A stretch of DNA of 40,359 bases from an uncultured Holophagales bacterium (GCA_963842525.1 CAWJGT010000010.1:1-40359); one strand, 5' to 3'. Shown: positions 10,963-23,009, counted from the first letter of the stretch. The notes: generated by a model not told the origin, from the letters alone. A program made the numbers and translations.

Positions 10963-11496
10963 ATGGAACACGAAGAACCGGGAACCCCGGAATCGCCTGC
11001 ATCGGACATTCCGATCGAGGCCCTCGCCGACCTGCTCTGGCAGATGCGTCCGCGCATTCGGCAGGTCTTCTCCAGCTTCCGTATCCCCGCCTTCGACGCC
11101 GAGGACGTCCTCCAGGAGGTCCTGGTCGTCGCCTTCCTCAAGTGGGAGACGATCCGCATCAAGGACGCCTGGCTGCTCGGCACCCTGCGCAAGAAGTGCG
11201 CCCTCTATTGGAAGCGGCAGCGGGACGACCGTCTCCAGGGCGTCGACATCGGGGCCCTTGAGGGGCTCTGCGAGCCGGTGGCGCCGGGCCAGGAGCGGAT
11301 CGACCGGCGGCTGGACCTCACGGTCCTGACCAGCGACCTCTGCCGGAGGCACCGGGTGGTGCTCTGGCTCCGCTACGGGTTGGGCCTCTCGGCCTCCGAG
11401 ATCGCGGCGCGGACCGGCTACTGCGACTCGAGCATCCGCAAGCTGACCTGCCGCTCTGTGGCCCGCCTCCAGAAGAAGATCGCGGCGGGGAAGTGA
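10963..11496 (+). CDS. ECF-like sigma-70 family RNA polymerase sigma factor
   Basis: DAEDVLQEV and AWLLG region 2; LRYGLGLSASEIAARTG region 4 HTH. Confidence 0.82.
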   Translation: MEHEEPGTPESPASDIPIEALADLLWQMRPRIRQVFSSFRIPAFDAEDVLQEVLVVAFLKWETIRIKDAWLLGTLRKKCALYWKRQRDDRLQGVDIGALEGLCEPVAPGQERIDRRLDLTVLTSDLCRRHRVVLWLRYGLGLSASEIAARTGYCDSSIRKLTCRSVARLQKKIAAGK

Positions 11497-11614
11497 CCCC
11501 CGGTTCGGCCTGAAACCTGCATGTCGATCGGGGGGGTCCTTCGCACCCCAGACACAGACCCGAAGGTCCTCTCGGGCGCAATGCCCGAGAGTCGAGCTGG
11601 GACGGGAAAAGTCT

Positions 11615-12838
11615 ATGCGAGCTCAGAACAACAAGAGTGTAGCTTTGCGGTCGGTCGACGACGATGAGCCGGAGGCGCCGCTCCACCCCCTGATGCGGTA
11701 TAGCGAGGAGCTCGCGGCGCAGGCCCAGGGTATGGAGGCCATGGGCCGGTTGGCCGGGGGGATCGCGCACGTCTTCAACAACCTCCTGACGTCCATCACC
11801 CTGGAGACCGAGCTCGCGCTGCTCCGGCTCGCTTCGGACGACCCCGCCCGCAAGCACCTGCGGGAGATCGAGCGGGTCGGCGACCGCGCGGCGGCCCTGG
11901 CCCGGCAGCTCCTGGCCTTCAGCGGCCGGCAGGTGCTCCAGCCCCGGATGGTGCAGCTCAACTCGCTGCTGACGGACCTGGACGACGAGCTGCGGCGCGT
12001 CCTCGGCGACCGGATCGATCTCCGGATGGAGCTCGACCCGGACCTCGACCGGGTGAGCGTCGACCCAGGCCAGATCCAGCAGGCGATCCTCAACCTGATC
12101 TCCAATGCGCGCGACGTGCTGTCCGACGGGGGACAGGTCCACCTGGAGACCAAGATGATCGAGGTCCGGCCGGGCAACCTGACGCACCCCCTGCGCTTCT
12201 CGCCGGGGCAGTACGTGCAGCTCAGGGTGACCGACACGGGCCCCGGCATGCCGGACGAGGTGCGGCGCCGCGTCTTCGAGCCCTTCTTCACCACCAAGCA
12301 AGGGACCGAGGTGACCGGGCTCGGGCTCTCGACCACCTACGGCATCGTGACCCAGAGCGGCGGTCACATCGTGGTGGAGAGCGAGCCGGGCCAGGGAGCC
12401 CGTTTCCTGATCTTCCTGCCGAGCGCCGAGGCCGACGAGGACGGGGGCGAGGCCGCAAGCCGCAAGCGCCCCTGGGAGACGATCCTCCTGGTGGAGGATG
12501 AAGAGAACGTCCGCCGGCCTCTGCTGGAGATCCTCAAGGCCCACGGCTACAACGTGCTGGAGGCGGCCGACGCCGCCCAGGCTCTGGAGATCAGCAAGCG
12601 GCACACCGGACCGATCCACCTGATGGTGACAGACATCCTGATGGCGGGCATGAGCGGCGTCGAGCTGGCCGAGCAGCTCTCCTACGACCGGGCCGGCATG
12701 AAGGTGCTCTTCGCCACCGGCTACCCCGCCGGCCTCGCCGAGGGCGCCAACCTCGGCCAGGAGGACGCCCCGCTGATCAAGAAGCCCTTCAGCGGCAGGG
12801 AGCTGGCGGCGAAGGTGCGGGAGGTGCTGGAGAGTTAG
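11615..12838 (+). CDS. Hybrid sensor histidine kinase/receiver (CckA-like), no input domain
   Basis: GRLAGGIAHVFNNLL H-box, NLISNARD, DTGPG, FEPFFTTK, GLGL, then a receiver domain (ILLVEDE ... VTD ... KPF). Confidence 0.9.
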   Translation: MRAQNNKSVALRSVDDDEPEAPLHPLMRYSEELAAQAQGMEAMGRLAGGIAHVFNNLLTSITLETELALLRLASDDPARKHLREIERVGDRAAALARQLLAFSGRQVLQPRMVQLNSLLTDLDDELRRVLGDRIDLRMELDPDLDRVSVDPGQIQQAILNLISNARDVLSDGGQVHLETKMIEVRPGNLTHPLRFSPGQYVQLRVTDTGPGMPDEVRRRVFEPFFTTKQGTEVTGLGLSTTYGIVTQSGGHIVVESEPGQGARFLIFLPSAEADEDGGEAASRKRPWETILLVEDEENVRRPLLEILKAHGYNVLEAADAAQALEISKRHTGPIHLMVTDILMAGMSGVELAEQLSYDRAGMKVLFATGYPAGLAEGANLGQEDAPLIKKPFSGRELAAKVREVLES

Positions 12839-15465
12839 GGCACCGCCCCCTCCTCCAGCCCCGGCAGGTAGAGCGCGTTCCACAGCAGCTTGAACGTACG
12901 ATGCGTCTGGGCTCGGTGCTGGGGGCGGAAGCCGATCAGCACCACCCTCCCCTTGCCCATTTTGAAGTCCACCACCGCGGCGCGCTTCTCCAGGCGATTG
13001 CCGCCCTTGAGATAGCCGCTCAGCAGGATGTCCTTCGAATCCTCGGGATAGGAGGCCACCACCCGGCGTACGAAGCGGGCGTCCGTCGGGCTGGTCTGGA
13101 AGGCCGGCGAGTCGGCAAAATAGGCGGCCTCCTCGGTCTCCAGCCCGTAGCTCAACGGGTGCTCCGGATCGAGGCGGATGCGCAACATCGAGCCGGGGCA
13201 GTGGAAGTCCTCCTCCGAGACCCGGTCCAGGACGTTGCGCACCGGCAGGCCGAGCGCCTTGATCGCGTAGTTGGTCGACTCGTCCAGGGCGACCAGCGTG
13301 CCGCCGTCCTGCACCCACTTCTTGAGCTTCTCGCCACCCTCGTCCCCGATGCCTCCTGCGTAGGGCGGCGGCATCGGCTCCCAGAAGCGGCGCGCCTCCT
13401 CCGCGCCGGGCTCGCCGCGCTCGATGATGTCGGCACCGACCGCGGGCAGCAGGATCACGTCCACCTTGCCCTTGTAGGAGCCCGACTTCATCTGGGCGTT
13501 GTCGAGGTTCTGGAAGTTGAAGCCGTAGCGCTCGAGCAGGAACCGGGTCCACCCCTCGTCCATGCTCGCCACCCACGGCTTGTAGAGGCCGACCCGCACG
13601 GGCTTGACCCGGAACGCAGGTCCGGACGGCGCCGCGGCGAGCGGCCGGACCGGCACGCGGACCTCCCGCGAGAGCTGGCCGAGCGCCTCCGGCGTCAGCT
13701 CGCCCGGCGGGATGTACAGGTCCCCGGGCCCGCTCTCAGCGCCCGCTTCCGCGACCGGCTGTTTCAGCCACCAGACCTTCTTTCCCTGGGCCAGGAGGCG
13801 GTTGAGGGCGGTTACCGCCGAGTCGGCCCGGTGCGAGATGAGATAGCCGCCCGTAGATCCTCCCGGGACCCCTGAGGACACCACGTCGCCGCCGGGCCAG
13901 ACCGGCTCCTGGATCGCAGACCCCGACAGAGGGGCGTCCGTCTCCACCACCTCAACGTTCAGGGCGAGGGGGAGCGACCAGGAGGTGACGTCGTACGGCG
14001 GGAGGACCGGGCCGCCGACGTAGGCGACCACCTCCGGATAGCGCTGGCGCCGCAGCATGGTGAGCAGGAACTGCCGGTAGGGCTGCGCCGCGGGGATCAC
14101 GTAGGAGCCGGCCGGATAGGTCTCACGGCCGGCGACGACCGGCCCCTCGGCGCGCTCGATGCGGATGCCGTGGCGCAGCAGGAGGTCCACCAACTGCGCC
14201 GCCGCCACCGGATCGCGCTGACCTCCTGGGATCACCCAGGCCCGCGGGCTCTCGGTGCGGCCCCGCTCCGTCGCCTCTCGGGCCATCCGGTAGAAATTGG
14301 TCAGCAGGCTTTCACGATGGCGCGCCGCCGATTCGAGGAAGCTGCGCGTCGCGACCAGCTCGTACTCGACGATGTCACGCAGGCGCCACCAGCCGCCGGG
14401 CCAGGGGGAAGGGAAGTTCGACTGCCTCTCGTACTCGGCCAGCCCCTTGACGCCGCCGCGCAGCTCGCCCGGCTCGATGTAGACCGGCGTCGCGATATCC
14501 GCGCTCGCCACCTCGGTCAGCAGGCCGGTGACGTTTTTCCACCAAGCCGTGTTGCGCGTGCCGCCGGGCCAATAGCTGTCGAAGATCATGTTGTGGCCGA
14601 CGCCCAGCTTGCCCGCCTCCTCCAGGCGCAGGCTCATCCCGGTGCCCAGGAGGTCGGCCTGGCGGAAAATCAGGGAGTGGACGTCCAGCGCCATGGGATC
14701 GGCCTGCGGGGGCACGAACATGCGCGGTCCGGTGCCGCCCATCTGGTGCTCGTCGAGAAAGATCTGCGGGAACCAGCGATGGTAGAGGACGCTGTTGACC
14801 GCCTGGCTCTCCTTCTGGGTGAGCATGTAGAAATCGCGGTTGTTGTCGTGTCCCACGTAGACCTGATAGAGCCAGGGCATGGGGCCGCCCTCGTAGGTGG
14901 TCCCCAGGTTCTTGTTGTACCAGTCGATGACCATCACCTGGCCGTCCGGGTTGATCGACGGCATCAGGAGGAGGATGGCGTCGTCGAGCCAGGAGAGCAG
15001 GGCAGGGTCCTGGGTGGTCGCCACGTCGTGGACGAATTCCATCGCCATCTGCGTCGAGCCGACCTCGGTGGAGTGGATCGTACAGGTGATCAGGGCGATG
15101 GTCTTGCCCTCGGCGATCAGGGCGCGCGCCTCCGCGTCGGACAGGCCGTCCGGATTGGCCAGGCGGCGGGAGATCTCGCGGTAGCGGTCCAGGTTGCGCT
15201 GGTTCGCCTCGGACGTCAGGACGACCACCAGCATCTCGTTGCCCTGGGTCGAGGTCCCGGCCGATTCGATGGAGATGCGGTCGGAGGCGGCATCGACGGC
15301 GCGCAGGTAGGCCACCACCTTGGGCCAGGAAGCGAGCTTGCGGTCCGCTCCCACCGGATGGCCGAGGAAGCTCTCGGGGGACGGGACCTCGGCGGCCCGG
15401 GAGACGCCCGCGGGCACCAGGAGGACGAGGGTCAGCGCAGCGGCGAAAGACAGGCGGCAAGGCAT
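12835..15465 (-). CDS. Secreted M14-family zinc carboxypeptidase with C-terminal GATase-like domain
   Basis: Signal peptide, IHSTE (HxxE), NPDG, DNNRD, DEHQ. RBS GAAGGAG before the ATG at 15465. Confidence 0.88.
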   Translation of the reverse strand: MPCRLSFAAALTLVLLVPAGVSRAAEVPSPESFLGHPVGADRKLASWPKVVAYLRAVDAASDRISIESAGTSTQGNEMLVVVLTSEANQRNLDRYREISRRLANPDGLSDAEARALIAEGKTIALITCTIHSTEVGSTQMAMEFVHDVATTQDPALLSWLDDAILLLMPSINPDGQVMVIDWYNKNLGTTYEGGPMPWLYQVYVGHDNNRDFYMLTQKESQAVNSVLYHRWFPQIFLDEHQMGGTGPRMFVPPQADPMALDVHSLIFRQADLLGTGMSLRLEEAGKLGVGHNMIFDSYWPGGTRNTAWWKNVTGLLTEVASADIATPVYIEPGELRGGVKGLAEYERQSNFPSPWPGGWWRLRDIVEYELVATRSFLESAARHRESLLTNFYRMAREATERGRTESPRAWVIPGGQRDPVAAAQLVDLLLRHGIRIERAEGPVVAGRETYPAGSYVIPAAQPYRQFLLTMLRRQRYPEVVAYVGGPVLPPYDVTSWSLPLALNVEVVETDAPLSGSAIQEPVWPGGDVVSSGVPGGSTGGYLISHRADSAVTALNRLLAQGKKVWWLKQPVAEAGAESGPGDLYIPPGELTPEALGQLSREVRVPVRPLAAAPSGPAFRVKPVRVGLYKPWVASMDEGWTRFLLERYGFNFQNLDNAQMKSGSYKGKVDVILLPAVGADIIERGEPGAEEARRFWEPMPPPYAGGIGDEGGEKLKKWVQDGGTLVALDESTNYAIKALGLPVRNVLDRVSEEDFHCPGSMLRIRLDPEHPLSYGLETEEAAYFADSPAFQTSPTDARFVRRVVASYPEDSKDILLSGYLKGGNRLEKRAAVVDFKMGKGRVVLIGFRPQHRAQTHRTFKLLWNALYLPGLEEGAVP

Positions 15466-15514
15466 GCGGTCTCCTTCGGAAAGCATCCGGCCGCGAAGTC
15501 TATCCGATTGCCCG

Positions 15515-15584
15515 AACCTCACCCCCTGGCCCCCTCTCCCATCGCCCTCCCCCCGACCGGGAGAGGGGGCCAGGGGGTGAGGTT
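15515..15584. repeat. REP-like family A element forming a perfect 26-bp hairpin
   Basis: AACCTCACCCCCTGGCCCCCTCTCCC and its exact reverse complement, with an 18-nt loop. Confidence 0.85.
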
Positions 15585-15716
15585 GTCCTTCCAGAACCGA
15601 GGCGCTGCGGAAATGGATATCATGCGGGCCGCGTGGACTCTTCCCCCTTCGCTCCTCCGGACCTGACCGATCTGTTCGCACACAGGATCCGCCGTTGGCG
15701 CGGGGGTCGCCGGGAG

Positions 15717-16713
15717 ATGCCTTTCCGCTTTCTGCTCGACAGCCGGCTTTTCCGCCTCCTGTGCGGGCCGGGACAGCCGGCTGCTCTCGACAACTTTCGC
15801 GCGGCGCTGGCGCAGCACCGCTTCGCGCCGGAAGGCGGTCTCCCGGATCTGGAGATGACGCCGCTGGCGATCCTGGACGTGGTCGGCGTCGAGCCTCCTC
15901 CGTTCCCTGGGCTTCGCCACCTCCCCAAGACCATGGCGACGCTCAAGGCCGACGAGGTCGCCATCGTGCTCAAGGAGGCAATCCAGAAGGAATTCCGGAA
16001 GGCTCCGGAGCTCGAGCCATCGAATCTCAAGCAGCGGGTTGACGAGCTTCCGGAAGACGACGGACCCGGCGGCTCACGAGCTGTTCGACTTGTGTCTGAC
16101 CCGCTTCGTCTCCCGTGAGAAGTTCGAAGAGGAAATTGTGGACCAGCTCACCTTCGATGCCCTCTTCACGTTCCGCTTTCCGGAGGAGTACAGGGAGCGG
16201 ATGAGCCATTTCTTTAACTCCTCTTTACTGCTGAACGATGAAACGAAGGTGTCGGGCCTGACGAAGGTGCGTCGCCTCAAGGTGTTCTGGGACACGTCGT
16301 TGGAGCGGATCCTCAAGAAGAACCCCCTGGAGCGAGGAGAGATCCTGGCGGTGGATCAGGAGATGAGGCCCAGGACGTTCAAGGATTTCCTCGGGTGGGA
16401 GGTGATCCACTACTCGGTCCTGGGATACGCGCGGAAGCGGGTTCACCCGGTGATCGCGTTCAGCCCGGAGCCCGAGGACAGGCTCAGGGTCAAGTGCAAG
16501 GCACACAAGACGGCGATGCGCGCATTTCTCGATGAGATCCCGCGGGAGGAGCTCGCCGGCGAGCTCCGGCCTCGGGTCACGGCCTGGACGCCGGGGTGGC
16601 TGGTGGCTTGCCGGGCGGACGGGACGTTGGAGGCACCGGTGTCTACAGGGGAGGTGCTGGTTTGGGCGGGTCCCGCACTCCCGGCCCCTCTCCCGCGAGC
16701 GGAAGAGGAGTGA
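15717..16713 (+). CDS. Hypothetical protein (apparent frameshift at ~16050)
   Basis: Two ORFs join as KQRVDEL/RKTTDPAAHELF. GGAG precedes the ATG at 15717. Codon usage looks coding. Confidence 0.65.
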
Positions 16714-16785
16714 AAGGCGGGCCCTATCTGGCCGTCGATCGTTGTGCCACCATACGCCGGATGCGGACGAATGAAAGGAGACCCG

Positions 16786-18481
<1,696 letters not shown>

Positions 18482-18546
18482 CCCTCACCCCCCAGGCCCT
18501 CTCCCGTGCGGCCCCCGGGCCCGACCTCCCCGAACGGGAGAGGGGG
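18482..18546. repeat. REP-like family A element
   Basis: CCCTCACCCCCCAGGCCCTCTCCC...GGGAGAGGG immediately after the stop codon. Confidence 0.75.
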
Positions 18547-18570
18547 AGTCTGTTACCCTGAGGCAGACGT

Positions 18571-20370
18571 ATGAGACCGCACGAGCGCATCCGCAACTTC
18601 TCCATCATCGCCCACATCGACCACGGGAAGTCGACCCTGGCCGACCGCATTCTGGAGCGCACCAACGCCGTGTCCGGGCGGGAGATGATGAACCAGGTCC
18701 TCGACGACATGGATCTCGAGCGCGAGCGGGGCATCACCATCAAGGCCCGTGCGGTGCGGCTTTTCTACAAGGCCCAGGACGGCGAGACCTACCAGTTCAA
18801 CCTGATCGACACGCCCGGCCACGTCGATTTTGCCTACGAAGTCTCGCGCAGCCTCGCCGCCTGCGAGGGAGCCCTCCTGGTGGTCGACGCCTCCCAGGGG
18901 GTCGAGGCCCAGACGCTGGCCAAAGCCTACCTGGCGATCAACAACAACCTGGCCATCGTGCCCGTCCTCAACAAGATCGACCTGCCGGCGGCCGACCCCG
19001 ACCGGGTCAGGGAGCAGATCGAGAACGTCGTCGGCATCGACGCCCACGATGCCATCCTCGCCTCGGCCAAGGCCGGCATCGGCATCGAAGAGATCCTGGA
19101 GCGGATCGTGCGCGACGTCCCGCCGCCCAAGGGCGATCCGGATGCGCCGCTCAAGGCCCTGCTCTTCGACTCCTGGTACGACCCCTACCGCGGCGTCGTC
19201 TGCATGGTGCGGGTCGTCGACGGCACCCTGCGCCAGGGAGACAAGATCCTCTTCATGTCCTCCGGCCGCACCTACGAGGTCGCCGAGCTCGGCATCTTCA
19301 CCCCCAAGGCGGCACCGATCGGCGAGCTGACGGTGGGGGAGGTGGGCTTCCTCTACGCGGGGATCAAGGACCTGATCCTGGCGCAGATCGGCGACACCGT
19401 CACCCACGCCAGCCGTTCGACAGAGGCCCCGTACCCTGGCTTCCAACCGGTCACGCCCATGGTCTTCGCCGGCCTCTACCCGGTGACCGCCGACGACTAC
19501 GAAGACCTGCGCGACGCGGTCGACAAGCTGCGCCTGAACGACGCCTCCTTCTCCTTCGAGCCGGAGAGCTCGGGAGCCCTGGGCTTCGGCTTCCGCTGCG
19601 GCTTCCTGGGGCTCCTGCACATGGAGATCATCCAGGCGCGTCTCGAAAGGGAGTTCGGCCTCGATCTCATCATCACGGCGCCAGGCGTCCGCTACCTCGC
19701 CCACACCGCGGACGGCAAGGTGCACGAGGTGGACAGCCCTTCGAAGCTCCCCGACCCGGGCCGCACCGACTACCTGGAGGAGCCGTATATCTCCTCGACG
19801 ATCATCAGCCGCGCCGACTACGTTGGCGGCATCCTGGCCCTGGCCGAAGAGCGCCGGGGGGGGCAGAAAAGCCTCCAGTTCCTGACCACCGACCGGGTGC
19901 TGATCGAGTACGACTTCCCGTTGGCCGAGGTCATCCACGACTTCTACGACCGCCTGAAGTCGGTCTCCCGCGGCTACGCCTCTTTCGATTATCAGATGAG
20001 CGGTTACCGCCGGAGCGAGCTGGCCAAGCTGGACATCCTGGTCAACGGCGATGCGGTGGACGCCCTCTCGCTCATCGTCCACCGGGACAAGGCCTATGCC
20101 CGCGGCAAGCTCCTGGTCGAGAAGATGAAGGAGCTGATCCCCCGCCAGCTCTTCGAAGTCGTCCTCCAAGCCGCCATCGGCTCGCGCATCATCGCGAGGG
20201 AGACCATCCGTCCGATCTCCAAGAACGTCATCGCCAAGTGCTACGGCGGCGACATCACCCGCAAGCGCAAGCTGATCGAGAAGCAGAAAGAAGGCAAGAA
20301 GCGCATGAAGCGGGTCGGGAGGGTGGACATCCCCCAGGAGGCGTTTTTGGCGGTGTTGCGAGTGGATTGA
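18571..20370 (+). CDS. lepA: Elongation factor 4 (LepA)
   Basis: [50 protein letters not shown]. Confidence 0.98.
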   Translation: MRPHERIRNFSIIAHIDHGKSTLADRILERTNAVSGREMMNQVLDDMDLERERGITIKARAVRLFYKAQDGETYQFNLIDTPGHVDFAYEVSRSLAACEGALLVVDASQGVEAQTLAKAYLAINNNLAIVPVLNKIDLPAADPDRVREQIENVVGIDAHDAILASAKAGIGIEEILERIVRDVPPPKGDPDAPLKALLFDSWYDPYRGVVCMVRVVDGTLRQGDKILFMSSGRTYEVAELGIFTPKAAPIGELTVGEVGFLYAGIKDLILAQIGDTVTHASRSTEAPYPGFQPVTPMVFAGLYPVTADDYEDLRDAVDKLRLNDASFSFEPESSGALGFGFRCGFLGLLHMEIIQARLEREFGLDLIITAPGVRYLAHTADGKVHEVDSPSKLPDPGRTDYLEEPYISSTIISRADYVGGILALAEERRGGQKSLQFLTTDRVLIEYDFPLAEVIHDFYDRLKSVSRGYASFDYQMSGYRRSELAKLDILVNGDAVDALSLIVHRDKAYARGKLLVEKMKELIPRQLFEVVLQAAIGSRIIARETIRPISKNVIAKCYGGDITRKRKLIEKQKEGKKRMKRVGRVDIPQEAFLAVLRVD

Positions 20371-20408
20371 GGGGCTGTATCCATGCCCTGACAGGCCGCC
20401 TTGGAAAG

Positions 20409-20638
20409 AGCCCCGAAGGGGCCCGGGCGTAGAGCCTGGCGCTTCAGCGCCAGGTTGGCGTTTCCCATTATTTCCGAGCCCCGAAGGGGCGTCGGTACGC
20501 CTCGATGTGAGCGCTCCCCCACCGCATCAGGGCTCGCGCCCCTCGCCCTTGCCGTCGCCCCTTCAGGGCTGGGGATGAAAATGGGCCGCAGTCCTGGGGT
20601 TGAAACCCCAGGCTTTATGCCTGTGCCCCTTCGGGGCT
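20409..20638. repeat. REP/MITE-like composite palindrome, family B (AGCCCCGAAGGGGC ... AGCCTGG-hairpin-CCAGG)
   Basis: Left half (20409-20491) and right half (20556-20638) are inverted, diverged copies. A related copy lies at 28462-28612. Confidence 0.8.
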
Positions 20639-20743
20639 TCTCACCACAACGTCGATCAACACAGAGCCAACAAGGGGGTGTTCCGTGTGTTGATCTGACA
20701 AAGTATAATCAGCAGACCGAACGTGCTTCCTAGCAATAAGATT

Positions 20744-21323
20744 ATGAAGAACGCTACCATCGCACCGGACCGCCAGGAGAGGCCGCCTTTGACACCGGCC
20801 CGAGCGATCCTGATCGAGCTGTTGGCCCGGTATGGCGAGGCTGGGTTATAGCCGGACCCTCCTGGAGGCCCAGAAGCTCGCGTATTTCCTTCAGGAAGCA
20901 GGCCAGCCTTTGAAGCTCCGGTACGTCCGGGACAAGTATGGCCCCTATGCCCACAACCTCGACAAGGCACTCCAGCAGCTCGAAGGTCACTACATTGTGG
21001 GTTTGGGCGATGCCGCCCGGCCCCGCGCCGAGATCGACCTCCTGCCTGGAGCCGTCGAGGAGGCACAAGCCGTCCTCTCGGCGCAATCAGAGGCACAGGA
21101 GCGCTTCGACCGGGTTGCCGCTCTGATCGAAGGGTTCGAGACTCCGTACGGGCTGGAGCTTCTTGCCTCAGTCCATTGGGTGGCCCGGAAAGAAGATCTG
21201 CCCGCTACGAATCCGGACGAGGCGACGGCAGCAATCCGAGGTTGGACCCAACGCAAGGCGCACCTCTTTCAGCCCAGTCACGTCGCTACAGCCTGGGAGC
21301 GGCTGATGGAGCAGGGCTGGTAG
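20744..21323 (+). CDS. DarG-like antitoxin C-terminal domain only, no macrodomain (apparent frameshift at ~20835)
   Basis: [13 protein letters not shown].., [30 protein letters not shown]...[23 protein letters not shown] resemble the C-terminal half of DarG-type proteins (recognised from memory). Confidence 0.68.
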
Positions 21324-21344
21324 GCCTTGGAGATAGGTGGTGGA

Positions 21345-21493
21345 GGCTCGCGCATCATCGCGAGGGAGACCATCCGTCCGATCTCCAAGAACGTCATCGC
21401 CAAGTGCTACGGCGGCGACATCATCCGCAAGCGCAAGCTCATCGAGAAGCAGAAGGAAGGCAAGAAGCGCATGAAGCGGGTGGGAAGGGTGGA
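21345..21493 (+). repeat. 149-bp direct repeat of the lepA 3' segment 20179-20327 (pseudogene fragment)
   Basis: Encodes [48 protein letters not shown]. About 5 mismatches by eye. Confidence 0.95.
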
Positions 21494-21654
21494 GGCGGCC
21501 CGAGTCAAATCACCCCCGGGCCCCTCTTTCGCTTTTTGTGACGAGAGTGGCCGTCAGTGCTTCCTGTCCCTCGGAGGAAACGGGTCATTCCCGTAACTAT
21601 CTCTGTCTTGAATTCGATTAAGCCTACGGAGTCATCTGCATCGATCCAGGTCGC

Positions 21655-21735
21655 CCAGGAGGCCCCATAGGCCGTTGTCGAAGCCGAAGCTGGCCTGGTC
21701 CCGGAAGAGGTAGTCGCCGTCGGAGGCATTCTTCG
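21655..21735 (-). pseudogene. Possible 3'-end remnant of a large multicopper oxidase-like gene
   Basis: GDYLFRDQASFGFDNGLWGLL resembles cupredoxin C-terminal GDYLYR...GLWG motifs. There is no upstream gene body. Confidence 0.35.
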
Positions 21736-21831
21736 CCGCCGCCGACGGCGGCCCAGGCGCTCCGGCTCTCGATGGCGTAGCCCTCGAGGTCGCGCTCCTG
21801 CTCGACGCCCTCAGCGCCCGTCCCCCTCCAT

Positions 21832-21862
21832 CCCCCTCTCCCATCCGATTACCGGGAGAGGG
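21832..21862. repeat. Partial REP-like family A element
   Basis: CCCCCTCTCCCATCCG...GGGAGAGGG. Confidence 0.6.
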
Positions 21863-21924
21863 ACCCTCTCTCAATGACCTCCTACCCCTCGGCGTACCCG
21901 ATCTGCGGTAAAATAGCCAAAACC

Positions 21925-22392
21925 ATGAAGAAGCTGCGCATCTACATCGACACATCCGTAATCGGAGGCTGTTTTGACGCCGAGTTCTCAGAGTGGTCGA
22001 ACGGCTTGCTGAGAGACTTCGCAGCAGGCACCTTCACACCGCTCCTCTCGGACGTGGTGGCCGCCGAAATCGAAGATGCTCCAGAGGCCGTTCGCCAGAA
22101 GTACAATGACCTTCTGGGTAGCGAGCACGAATTTTCTGTTACCACCGAAGAGGTCATCGAGCTCGCGGATGCTTACCAGCGGCGCGGCATTCTCACCCCC
22201 AAGTTCTACGATGACGGCCTGCACATCGCTCTCGCCAGCGTCGCCGAAGCAGACTTGCTAGTAAGTTGGAACTTTCGGCACATCGTGCATTTTGACAAGA
22301 TCCGGCTGTTCAACTCCGTGAACCTGGAGCTGGGCTATAAGCCATTACAGATTTACTCTCCGCGGGAAGTAACGAAAGCTGAAGGAGATTAG
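21925..22392 (+). CDS. PIN-domain protein (VapC-like toxin)
   Basis: RIYIDTSVIGGCFD, DGLHIALA, LVSWNFRHIV, IYSPREV. TAAAAT -10 at 21909. Confidence 0.9.
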   Translation: MKKLRIYIDTSVIGGCFDAEFSEWSNGLLRDFAAGTFTPLLSDVVAAEIEDAPEAVRQKYNDLLGSEHEFSVTTEEVIELADAYQRRGILTPKFYDDGLHIALASVAEADLLVSWNFRHIVHFDKIRLFNSVNLELGYKPLQIYSPREVTKAEGD

Positions 22393-22395
22393 CTC

Positions 22396-22596
22396 ATGTC
22401 CGAACTTCGGATCAAGGCGGTTGAGATGGTCCGCAACATCCGTGAAACGCACTACGAGAAGCTGAAGGATTCATCACCTCAGGAGAAGATCGCCTTTTTC
22501 CGGGAAAAGGCCCGCAAACTGCACGCAGAGTTGGGAAAGCCCGAAGAGCTTCTAGACAACTCCGCACCCGCGCGGAACGCGAAGCCGCGCCTCTGA
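22396..22596 (+). CDS. Small putative antitoxin downstream of the PIN gene
   Basis: KAVEMVRNIRE helix. RBS GAAGGAG lies within the PIN gene's 3' end. Confidence 0.65.
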   Translation: MSELRIKAVEMVRNIRETHYEKLKDSSPQEKIAFFREKARKLHAELGKPEELLDNSAPARNAKPRL

Positions 22597-22699
22597 GCCG
22601 GCGGCCCGAAAGACGCAGCTCAACTGCACCGCGGCGCAGTCCGACCCTGGACGTTGGGCTCGTTAGGCGGCCCGGCTAGACGACCGGCCACCGTGCGCA

Positions 22700-22728
22700 T
22701 TGACTCTCTCAAGGCGGAGACGTATCTT
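22700..22728 (+). promoter_or_regulatory. Candidate sigma-70 promoter with no convincing downstream gene
   Basis: TTGACT-17 nt-TATCTT. Confidence 0.45.
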
Positions 22729-23009
22729 TCTCCAAGTTGAGGAGCGAGAAGACGTTACGGGCAGAAAACGACGAGCCAAAGGGCTCTTATGCGGCGCGTA
22801 GAAGCCCTGAAGGCTGTCGCTCCTCGTAGCTGTTCGGCCCCGGAGGGCGTAGTCGGATGGCGGATATGCCGCCGAGTGCACAGCAGCAGGCGGGGAGACC
22901 TTCTGTCGTCATCTCTGGTGCACTCGAAGCGGCATTGTCTGCGGCCAGGGGCTCATTGCGTCGCCTCTGAGAGACATGGTCCCCATTTCAGGTCTCAGGG
23001 ACCGTGCTC

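Noticed and set aside
21327-21596. 89-aa mini-LepA protein
   Set aside because: TTG start without clear support, and unrelated sequence on both sides of the 149-bp duplicate. Treated as a scar.
22617-22668. Integron attC site (GCTCAAC ... GTTGGGC/GTTAGGC) after the PIN module
   Set aside because: Span is shorter than typical attC sites, I could not pair convincing L boxes, and there is no integron integrase.
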